From Polyangiaceae bacterium (lineage in GTDB: Bacteria; Myxococcota_A; Polyangia; Polyangiales; Polyangiaceae), in assembly GCA_050287085.1 (NCBI GenBank), contig JBNKBE010000007.1, forward strand, positions 1 through 64,000: DNA of 64,000 bases. Reading direction: 5' to 3'. The notes under the pieces were generated by a model that was given only the letters and a program-made list of their open reading frames with translations, did not search any database and was not told where the DNA came from. Below are positions 56,129-64,000 of the stretch, in pieces; the first letter of the stretch is position 1, and the number at the start of each line of letters is the position of its first letter. Made by a program: the position numbers and the translations under genes.

Positions 56129-59092
56129 ATGGAAGCTGCGCCCTCGAGTCCCCTGGTGGCCGCCCAAGGTCGATTCCTCGATTCTCTTGAGCCGCGTATG
56201 GCGGCGCTCACAACCGAGCTCGAGACCCTCACCGCCAGCGCCGATCCGGAGGTCGCCAAGGGCCGGCTCCGACGCCGCCTGGAGGCCATGTCCGAAACGG
56301 CCCGCGCCCTGGATCTCGACGCGGTAGCAAGCGCCTTCGCGAGCGCGGAACTGGTGTTGGCCCAGAGCGTAGACTGCCCGACGCAAGATGAGGTGCACTC
56401 GGTCGCTGCCATCCTCAAACTGGTACCGAGCCTTTGCCCTCCGCCCGTCGCGCCTGGCCCCACCCCCACCCCGCCCCTCGCCTCAGAAGATCCAGCGAAA
56501 CTCTTCGAACGCGCGTGGGCAGAGGCTTCGAACCACACGCCGACGGCCGCCTTGGCGCCCCCGACTGTACACACGCCGGCGCCGAGCAACGCCCGGCCAG
56601 CGCCCGCTCCCTCGCTCGCCGCGCCGGAGGACTCAAGAGCGGCAAACACACCCGCAGCCGTCGACCCGATCGCGCGAGCCCAGCTCAACTCCCCGGACGC
56701 GCCGGCGCTCCGCGCGCCCGAGCCCAAGTCCAGCCGCGTCTCAGACCTTGGCGGTGAAAGAACTGACTCGCTCGCGCAGGGGCGTCAGCGGCGCGCCGGG
56801 GCCACCGGGACCTCGCTCGCGGAGAGGCGCATCGTAGTTGCGCTGAAGAGCCCTGACTCGGCGGTCCGATCCCTGGAAGCCGCGGGCGCGTCGGTGACTT
56901 CGACCGCGACGCGGGGCGCGCTCGAGGCAGCGCTCTACGACGTCGGCGCGCCCCCGGACGCGCTGCTACTCCAGCTCCGCATCGACGACGTCGACGGCTT
57001 TGCACTGGCGCGCAAACTGAGCGGCGATCTTCTTCTCCGCGACGTTCCCGTTCTGCTCGTCGACGACGACGAGCAAGCCCTCAAGCGAGCGGACGAGCTC
57101 GGCGCGGGCGCGGCCGCCTACGTTCCCACAGCGGCCTTGGACAGCGCAGCGAGCTTTGCAAGCGATGCACTACACGGACGCATGGGCCTAGCCGCGCGTC
57201 TGGCGCGGCAGGAAGTCGTGATGGGACGGCTGGACGGGCTGACCGCAGCGCTCCTCGTCCGCTTGGCGATGGAGCACGCGCGGGCCACCCGGATCACGGT
57301 TCGCGATGCGGCCTTCGAACATGAGCTGGTGACCCGCGGCGACGAGGTGATCAGCGCCACGCGACACTACCGCGGCGGCGCGTCGGTTACCGATCCAAGG
57401 TCGGTCCTGAGAACATTGATCGGCACCCGCGCCGGTAGCTTCTGCGTCGAGCGGGTCGAACCCGACTCCGCGACGGGCGAGCCCTATGCCGCGCTGCTCA
57501 CACCCTTGGTGGAGCGCGCGCGCGAGCTGGCGCAGCGCGTAGCCGAAGGCGCCCTGGCCAAGACGGACGCGGTCGACATCGACTGGGACGTCGCGGAGCC
57601 CTATCTGGCGACATCACCCCAGTCCGTGACGCGCCTCGCAAACGGCCTGGCCGCGGGTCGCGCGCCGCGTGAGCTCCTCGCCCAGGGCGATGCCGCCTTG
57701 CTCGAATCTCTGCTCCTAGACTTGATCGGCCGCGGTGCGGTCCTCGCGCTCGGCTCCGGCGCCGAGACCCGACGTCAGCCCTTTCAGCTCGGCCATCGGG
57801 GGCCGCGAGACCGGCCGAGCCGCGCTGTCGCGCCGGCCCCGCATGTTCAGCCCGCCGCGAGCAGCACAACACCTGCAGCATCGCCCCAGCTTGCCCCCGC
57901 GTCTGCCGCCGCACCTGCTACCGCCCGCGTCGCCGCACCTGCTGCGGCTGCGCCGTGGTGGGACGTGGACCAAAGCACAGATCTCTCGCTGCTCATTCAG
58001 CGCCGACTCGAGCACTCTCCGGTCGCTGCAGCGCCCGTGCTGGACAACGAGGCAGCCGCCGCGCCCCGCCGCTCCAAGGGCTCTCGCGGGGCTCGCGATG
58101 GGGTCCCTAGCCCCGCCATCCGGAAGCGCACCAGCCGCCCGGCGCCGCCCAGCGGGCACGCCGCTGCAGCCCCCGATCCCGATCTGGCCAGCGATGCCGC
58201 TCTTGGCGCGCGCGGGGAGGGAAGCGGGCCGAGCCGAGCCCTGGGCTGGTTCAAGGGGCGCCGCGACCAACTACGAGGAGTTCTGGACCGGCATCGCTCA
58301 GCCTATCTGGCCGCTCACCCAGCCCACGCGCCGCGCGATTCGAGTCCAGCTCCGGAAACCTCCGAACCTACCGCCGACGCCGACGCTGCGATCGCCACCA
58401 CCGACTCGCCAAACGCCGATGCGGACGCTGCCCGAAGCGACTCCGCGGCCACAAGCCCCGAGCTCATGGCCGGCAGCGCCGTTCCCGAATTCCACGACAC
58501 GCTACCGCACTGCCAGCCCGCACCCGGACCCACGCGAAGACGACCAGCACGCGACCTGCTGGCCAGCGCGCGCCACAAGCTGCCGCGAATCATCGCGCCG
58601 GCGCTCGTTCTTGGCGTCACGGCGTTTGGCGCTCATTGGACCATCTCCCGGCTCACGCAGAAGGTCGAACTCGTAACCGCCGAGCTCGAGCCCGCCCTCG
58701 ACCCCGCCCTCGAGCCGAGCCCAGCGCTGGCAACGTCTGGCGCCGCCGCCCCTCCCCAGCAGTCCAAGAACTCGCTGCTGGAACGCCCGGGCTCAAGCCC
58801 CAAAGCCGAAGCGGGGGAAAGTCAGCTCGACCTTCATCCGATAGCCATGGATTTGCCGCCCGGAGTCATGGTGGACGAGGGAAAGGGCCTGCTGGAGATA
58901 AACACCGGCGACACGCATCGAATCGAAATCGACGGGACCTTCATCGGTCGCGGACCCATCCGGCGCGTGCCGCTCACGCCCGGAAAGCACGCGGTGGCGC
59001 TTCGCTCCAGCACCAAGACGACCAGACTCGAGGTCGAGATAACGGCCGGCAAGCGCACTCGCTTGCAACCCCTGGCCCAAGCCGCTAAGTGA
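56129..59092 (+). CDS. Multidomain membrane protein: Hpt-like helices, degenerate receiver, DUF4388-like region, TM, PEGA-like C-terminus
   Basis: 'PDALLLQLRIDDVDGFALARKL..LLRDVPVLLV..LGAGAAAYV'; TM 'IIAPALVLGVTAFGA'; 'IEIDGTFIGRGP..LTPGKHAV'. Confidence 0.7.
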   Translation: MEAAPSSPLVAAQGRFLDSLEPRMAALTTELETLTASADPEVAKGRLRRRLEAMSETARALDLDAVASAFASAELVLAQSVDCPTQDEVHSVAAILKLVPSLCPPPVAPGPTPTPPLASEDPAKLFERAWAEASNHTPTAALAPPTVHTPAPSNARPAPAPSLAAPEDSRAANTPAAVDPIARAQLNSPDAPALRAPEPKSSRVSDLGGERTDSLAQGRQRRAGATGTSLAERRIVVALKSPDSAVRSLEAAGASVTSTATRGALEAALYDVGAPPDALLLQLRIDDVDGFALARKLSGDLLLRDVPVLLVDDDEQALKRADELGAGAAAYVPTAALDSAASFASDALHGRMGLAARLARQEVVMGRLDGLTAALLVRLAMEHARATRITVRDAAFEHELVTRGDEVISATRHYRGGASVTDPRSVLRTLIGTRAGSFCVERVEPDSATGEPYAALLTPLVERARELAQRVAEGALAKTDAVDIDWDVAEPYLATSPQSVTRLANGLAAGRAPRELLAQGDAALLESLLLDLIGRGAVLALGSGAETRRQPFQLGHRGPRDRPSRAVAPAPHVQPAASSTTPAASPQLAPASAAAPATARVAAPAAAAPWWDVDQSTDLSLLIQRRLEHSPVAAAPVLDNEAAAAPRRSKGSRGARDGVPSPAIRKRTSRPAPPSGHAAAAPDPDLASDAALGARGEGSGPSRALGWFKGRRDQLRGVLDRHRSAYLAAHPAHAPRDSSPAPETSEPTADADAAIATTDSPNADADAARSDSAATSPELMAGSAVPEFHDTLPHCQPAPGPTRRRPARDLLASARHKLPRIIAPALVLGVTAFGAHWTISRLTQKVELVTAELEPALDPALEPSPALATSGAAAPPQQSKNSLLERPGSSPKAEAGESQLDLHPIAMDLPPGVMVDEGKGLLEINTGDTHRIEIDGTFIGRGPIRRVPLTPGKHAVALRSSTKTTRLEVEITAGKRTRLQPLAQAAK

Positions 59093-61368
59093 GCGGCGTG
59101 CGCCGTGTCGTTTCGTTGCTCCTACTGGCGTTGGCGCCCGCGTGTTCGCGAAGCGAAGCTCCCCAGCCCACGCCCGCTGCAACTCCGCAAGAAGAGCCGT
59201 CCACCGAAGTCCGCTCTCGGCCGGTGAGTGGTAAACACTTCGAGCTTCCTCTCATCGACCGTCTGCGCTTCTGCGAAGTACGTCACGACGGCATCTTCAT
59301 CGACACGGGATCGGAGCTGTCGGACGCGCATCGCAACTTTCATCCCGGACCCTTCGACCGCAGCGAAATCAAAAAGAGGGCAGGGCAGCCCTCTGCCTTC
59401 CTCACCGATCGGCGCCGCAGCTACGATTTCTGGCTCGATGCCGAAAACGCGGAGGTCACGGTGTCGCTGCGCGTTCGGGGCGACGCCGCAAGCCGCGTCT
59501 ACGCGAGTTTGGACGGGCGCGCCCTTGGAGCTCGCCGGCTCAACATGACGGAGGCGACCGTCGTTTCGTTCGGTCCGCTTGCCGAGCCCCTCGCCCCCGG
59601 CCGGCACACCGTTGGCCTGCGCTTTTCGGGCCGGCGTAAGGCTACACAGGCCTACGCGCAGCTAGACTGGATCCGCGTTCACCTGCCGATGGGGGACGGT
59701 CTGCACTACGTGCCTCCTACCGCCCGCACGCTGCAGCAGGACATCGTCCTGGGCGCCGCCCCCCGCCGCAGCATTGTGCTGCGCGCCGACAGCAGCGTGC
59801 GCTGCCCCTTCGTGCCGCGTCCCGGCGCCCGTTTGCGACTGGACGTCGGCTACCGCGGCACCGGAAGCGGCGTCGCCCGAGTGGCCGCGCGGCTCGACTC
59901 TGGACAGAGTGTCGTGCTCGCCGAACATCGCTTGGAGGGGGGTCGCGACGCCACCTGGCTGCCGCTGGACCTTGCCTTGGACGCCTTCTCTGGCCGCATT
60001 GTCGCCATCGAGTTCTCCACCTTGGCTGCCAAGCAGGGTGGGCTTATCGCCTTCGGAGAGCCTCGTCTGTTGCAATCAAAAGCCCGGCCGGCTCCCATCG
60101 AGCCGAAGTTGGTGGTTGTCGTAGTCAGTGCCGGACTGCGCCCCCAGTCGGTCCCTCCGTGGGGTGAGCGCAGCGGGCTGTCCCAAATCTTTCGACTGAC
60201 GCAGGCCGGGACGACCTTCGAGAACTACCGCGTACCCACCACCTTTGCCGCCGGCGTATTGGCCACCTTGCTCACCGGATTGCCCTTGCACCGTCACAAG
60301 GTGCTGGATCCTGGAGCGGCACTGCCCGCATCTGTTCCGACCCTGGCGGACGCATTGCGCCAGGTTGGAGCTCGCTCGGCGTTCTTCAGCAACGTTCCGT
60401 ATAGTTTCAGAGCCTTCGGCTTCGCGCGCGGCTTTTCGGTCGCGGACTTCATCTCACCAGCCCAGGACCGTCCCGGTTCAGCCCCGCTGTTGCGCGCCAA
60501 GCAATGGCTCGAGGCCGAACTTGCCGACGAGGAAACACCGCTGCGCTTCATCTTGGTCCACGAGGCCGGTGGCCACCCGCCCTGGGACGTGACCCGCGAC
60601 GAAGCGGCAATGCTGGAACCACACGACTACAACGGCATCATCGAGCCACGCCGCGGCGCGGTAATACTGCGCCAAGTGCGTGGTCGACAACGCAGGTCGA
60701 GTCGAAAGCTAGGACCCAACGACTGGCGCCGCCTCGAAGCACTTCAGCACCGCGCCCTAGCCAAACAAGACACCGCTCTCGGTCATCTCGCTGAGCTCAT
60801 CATCGAGCGCGGCCTGTGGCAAGACACCCTCTTCGTATGGATGGGTGATGTGTCGATGGGCCAGCCCCCGGAAATCCCTTTTGCACCCCTCGGCGACCTC
60901 GACGACGGGCACCTTCTGGTCCCTCTGATCGTCAAGTTTCCTGGCGCCGATCAGGGCACCCGCTACACGGGCGCAGTCGGAACCCCCGACGTCGCGCAAA
61001 CGCTACAGAGCGCGATTCTGGGAGCGTCCGGCGAGCAGGAGCTCGAGACCCTGGGTGACTATGTGGCCGGGGCTGCGGAGCCGATCGAGCGCGGACAGCT
61101 CGCCCTCAGCGGCGCTGAATACACCTTCGACCTCGGTCGCTATCGACTGCATGGCGTGCTGGGGCGACAGCCCGCGTTGTGCGAGCGCACCGTCGATCCC
61201 GCCTGTGAGCTCGACCACTTCGGCGAAGATCCGTTCGTCAGCAAGTGGCTGTGGCGCTTGGCGCTGGAGCAGTTGGTGCGGGAGTTCGGCTCGTCAGAGG
61301 TCGTGACAACCCAGCCGGCGAAGCTCGACCGAGATACGCGCGCAGCCCTCACCGTCTTCGGGCTCTAG
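59089..61368 (+). CDS. Sulfatase-fold lipoprotein, catalytic residues apparently lost
   Basis: Lipobox 'APAC'; 'GTTFEN...LLTG', 'PTLADAL', 'FGFARGF', 'VPLIVKFP'. Confidence 0.75.
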   Translation: MSGVRRVVSLLLLALAPACSRSEAPQPTPAATPQEEPSTEVRSRPVSGKHFELPLIDRLRFCEVRHDGIFIDTGSELSDAHRNFHPGPFDRSEIKKRAGQPSAFLTDRRRSYDFWLDAENAEVTVSLRVRGDAASRVYASLDGRALGARRLNMTEATVVSFGPLAEPLAPGRHTVGLRFSGRRKATQAYAQLDWIRVHLPMGDGLHYVPPTARTLQQDIVLGAAPRRSIVLRADSSVRCPFVPRPGARLRLDVGYRGTGSGVARVAARLDSGQSVVLAEHRLEGGRDATWLPLDLALDAFSGRIVAIEFSTLAAKQGGLIAFGEPRLLQSKARPAPIEPKLVVVVVSAGLRPQSVPPWGERSGLSQIFRLTQAGTTFENYRVPTTFAAGVLATLLTGLPLHRHKVLDPGAALPASVPTLADALRQVGARSAFFSNVPYSFRAFGFARGFSVADFISPAQDRPGSAPLLRAKQWLEAELADEETPLRFILVHEAGGHPPWDVTRDEAAMLEPHDYNGIIEPRRGAVILRQVRGRQRRSSRKLGPNDWRRLEALQHRALAKQDTALGHLAELIIERGLWQDTLFVWMGDVSMGQPPEIPFAPLGDLDDGHLLVPLIVKFPGADQGTRYTGAVGTPDVAQTLQSAILGASGEQELETLGDYVAGAAEPIERGQLALSGAEYTFDLGRYRLHGVLGRQPALCERTVDPACELDHFGEDPFVSKWLWRLALEQLVREFGSSEVVTTQPAKLDRDTRAALTVFGL

Positions 61369-61371
61369 CCC

Positions 61372-62070
61372 TCAGCGACCGCGCGCATCACCCCACGCCG
61401 CGACGTGCAACCTTGGCGAGAAGCCAAAACCCGCGGCACGACACCAGGTCACCACGTCACGGCTTCGCTCGCGAAGCGTCTCGCGCTCTACCGCCTGCGG
61501 CTGCAGCAAAACCCGCTCGTGCGCGAGCTTCAAACTGGCGCGCAGAGCCTCAACCGCCGCCACGTCACTTTCCTGCTCAACCACGCACTTCAGCCACATC
61601 CGGCCGCTAGCTCGCAGCGCTGCGAGCGCGGGTTGCACCACGGCGACCCGCCGCGCTTGGCCTGAGTTGCCTAGCTTGACCGACACATTCCACTGGTCGA
61701 CGCGCGCAAGTAGCGCCTGCTCCGGAACGATCGTCCCGTTGGTTTCCACTTCCAACACTTGCTCAGGAGATAGACCCGCCACCAACTCCACCAAACGGCG
61801 CTGCTGCAGCAGAGGCTCGCCTCCCGTCAACACCACCCCAGCGGACCCCTTCAGGCGCTGCCCAAGCTCCGCAACCGACACGCGCCGCGTCTCCTTGGCT
61901 TTGTCAAATCGGTTAAAATCCCAGGAGTAGGGCGTGTCGCAGTAGCTGCAAGTGAGATTGCAGCCTGCGAGGCGCACGAACGTCCGCGGCGCGCCCGCAG
62001 ACGCCCCTTCGCCCTGGATGCTATCGAACACCTCGCTCAGGGTCAGCACAAGGTCTGTATCCGGGGGCAT
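61372..62070 (-). CDS. queE: 7-carboxy-7-deazaguanine synthase (radical SAM)
   Basis: 'FDSIQGEG', CNLTCSYC, 'TGGEP', 'ETNG', 'PRLH'. Confidence 0.9.
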   Translation of the reverse strand: MPPDTDLVLTLSEVFDSIQGEGASAGAPRTFVRLAGCNLTCSYCDTPYSWDFNRFDKAKETRRVSVAELGQRLKGSAGVVLTGGEPLLQQRRLVELVAGLSPEQVLEVETNGTIVPEQALLARVDQWNVSVKLGNSGQARRVAVVQPALAALRASGRMWLKCVVEQESDVAAVEALRASLKLAHERVLLQPQAVERETLRERSRDVVTWCRAAGFGFSPRLHVAAWGDARGR

Positions 62071-62165
62071 TGTTTCAGGCCCTAGTCGGCGACCCAGGTG
62101 ATGACAAGCCCCAAGCGCAACGGGCGTCGTTGGCGCCCCGGGACGGGCGTGCTATGCGGACCACC

Positions 62166-62927
62166 ATGATCCAAGACAAGCGCGGCGGACGGCCGCTCGA
62201 CGAGCCTCGGCCTGTCGAAATCGTAGTCGGCTACCACCGCCTTGCGGAGGGATCGGCGCTCTATACCTGTGGCGGCACACGGGTGCTCGCCACCGCGAGC
62301 GTCGAGGACTCGGTCCCCCGCTTCTTGGAGCAAACGGGGCGAGGCTGGGTTACAGCCGACTACCAGATGCATCCGCGCGCGAACCCGAAGCGTCGCGAGC
62401 GACGCGACGGGCGCGAGAAGCCCGTCTCCGGTCGGGCGAAAGAAATCGAACGTCTGATTGGGCGCGCGCTCCGCGCTTCAGTCGACCTCAAGCGTTTGGG
62501 TGAACGCACGATATACGTCGATTGCGAAGTGCTGGAAGCCGACGGCGGTACCCGCACCGCATCCGTCACGGCCGGCTTTGTCGCACTGGCTCAAGCAGCG
62601 CAGCGCCTCTACCATCTGGGACTCCTGAAAGGACCGCTGCTCGAAGATCAGGTCGCAGCCATCAGCGTCGGCCACGTCGACGGAACATACGCGTTGGATC
62701 TCTGTTATGCCGAGGACAGCACCGCGCGGGTCGATCTCAATGTTGTCGCCACCGCTGGTGGGGACATCGTTGAACTGCAGGGCACGGCCGAAGGGCGAGC
62801 GGTACCGCGCGCAGATGTCGACGCCATGCTCAGCTTGGGCCTTGCCGGCATCGCCAAGCTCTGCGAACACCAGCAGAGCGCCCTGACGAGCGCGGGCGTT
62901 GACCTCAAGGCCCTGATCAAACCCTGA
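62166..62927 (+). CDS. rph: Ribonuclease PH
   Basis: 'AEGS', 'GRAKEIERLIGRALRA', 'ADGGTRTAS', 'ELQGTAE'. Confidence 0.95.
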   Translation: MIQDKRGGRPLDEPRPVEIVVGYHRLAEGSALYTCGGTRVLATASVEDSVPRFLEQTGRGWVTADYQMHPRANPKRRERRDGREKPVSGRAKEIERLIGRALRASVDLKRLGERTIYVDCEVLEADGGTRTASVTAGFVALAQAAQRLYHLGLLKGPLLEDQVAAISVGHVDGTYALDLCYAEDSTARVDLNVVATAGGDIVELQGTAEGRAVPRADVDAMLSLGLAGIAKLCEHQQSALTSAGVDLKALIKP

Positions 62928-63217
62928 TGACCTTGGGCAACGTCACACCCAAGACCGGCGGCCGTATGCACGCGGTGCTCGACGTCTGCCACGAGCAGTC
63001 CGCCGAATACCGCGTTACGCTGCGCGCGGCCGACGGCGAGTGGACGGGACGCGCGAGCGTGACGACCGCCGGCAGTGCCGACCTGCAGATGTCCGAAGCG
63101 GGTGCTCCAGATTGGTTGACGGCACTGGCCACAACGGTACTGCGCACCGCCTGCCGCGGCCTGGCCATGACGCAGTGGCCTCGGCGTGTCACGCGCTGGA
63201 GGGCAGCGCGTGACTAG
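62927..63217 (+). CDS. Small hypothetical protein
   Basis: Overlaps both neighbours; C-terminal 'WPRRVTRWR'. Confidence 0.65.
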   Translation: MTLGNVTPKTGGRMHAVLDVCHEQSAEYRVTLRAADGEWTGRASVTTAGSADLQMSEAGAPDWLTALATTVLRTACRGLAMTQWPRRVTRWRAARD

Positions 63218-63989
63218 GAAGACTCGCGCACCGAACCTCGTCACGTTGCTGACGGACTTCGGTGCGCAAGACCCCTACGTTGGAGTCCTGAAAGGGGTGA
63301 TCGCAAGCACCCACCCCGACGCACGCTGGGTCGACCTTTGCCACAGCATCACACCCCAGGACATCCGCGGGGCTGCGTTTTGGCTATCGTTGGTGTTTAC
63401 CCATTTCCCGCCCGGCACGGTTCACCTCGTGGTCGTCGATCCAGGGGTCGGAACGGAGCGCAGGGGCCTGCTCGTGGAGGCCGCGGGTCATGCCTTCGTC
63501 GGTCCAGACAATGGGGTACTGACTGCCGCGCTCGACCAAAGCGGGGCCGTGGCCTACGCGTTGCCGCGCAAACGCGGCGCTACCACCTTCGATGGCCGAG
63601 ACCTCTTCGCGCCGGTGGCCGCGGCGCGGGCCGCGGGTCCGCTCCCAGGCCTGGTACCCGTGAGCCACCCCATTTGCCTGCCGGCCCACACGCTGCGCGC
63701 GGCGGACGACGCCGAGCTCGGGTTGGTGATGACCGTGGACCGATTTGGCAATCTGCTGACGAATCTCCCGGGCACCACGCGCCGCTTCACGGCCGTGGAG
63801 GCGGCAGGGACGCTCTGCCCCTGGGTTCGCTCCTACTCGGAAGCCGCGGAACGATACCCGGGCGCGCCAACTGCCCTCTGCAACGCCTGGGGATTGGTTG
63901 AGCTCACCGTGGGCGGTGGCTCAGCGGCGCAAAACCTTGGGCTAGGCCCCGGGACACGGGTCCGGCCGGTGGTCGCGCCCGCGCGCTGA
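63210..63989 (+). CDS. SAM hydroxide adenosyltransferase / chlorinase-fluorinase family (DUF62)
   Basis: 'LLTDFG..DPYVG', 'VVDPGVG', 'GPDNG', 'DRFGNL'. Confidence 0.92.
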   Translation: MTRKTRAPNLVTLLTDFGAQDPYVGVLKGVIASTHPDARWVDLCHSITPQDIRGAAFWLSLVFTHFPPGTVHLVVVDPGVGTERRGLLVEAAGHAFVGPDNGVLTAALDQSGAVAYALPRKRGATTFDGRDLFAPVAAARAAGPLPGLVPVSHPICLPAHTLRAADDAELGLVMTVDRFGNLLTNLPGTTRRFTAVEAAGTLCPWVRSYSEAAERYPGAPTALCNAWGLVELTVGGGSAAQNLGLGPGTRVRPVVAPAR

Positions 63990-64000
63990 TGATTTGACGA

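Overview
High-GC core-genome window. Gene content and protein style (CdnL/CarD-family factor, VWA and DAG-rich lipoproteins, PEGA/DUF4388-type proteins, parS-like 16-mers) point to a myxobacterium, probably Polyangiaceae-like; this is inferred, not searched. There are about 55 CDS, mostly housekeeping (aroC, chorismate mutase, tyrA, aroKB, dapF, purC, coaD, add, rnr, rph, serS, rpoZ, rpe, bioF, bioD, queE, mpg, MoxR-DUF58-transglutaminase), plus tRNA-Ser(TGA). No transposase, integrase, phage gene or cas gene is recognisable. Most notable: (1) a ~920-nt densely base-paired non-coding stretch between a consensus sigma70 promoter and cdnL, a candidate large ncRNA or leader; (2) an apparently catalytically dead DAHP-synthase paralogue that keeps its regulatory domain and lies directly upstream of tyrA; (3) a GNAT gene coupled to a standalone cNMP-binding gene, resembling a split cyclic-nucleotide-regulated acetyltransferase; (4) parS-like sites, one inside bioF, beside a ~1.9-kb repeat-rich gene desert; (5) a pseudo-Hpt/pseudo-receiver membrane protein coupled to a pseudo-sulfatase; (6) a DHH protein with permuted motif order; (7) widespread leaderless-type gene starts. 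All family calls are by-eye motif recognition.
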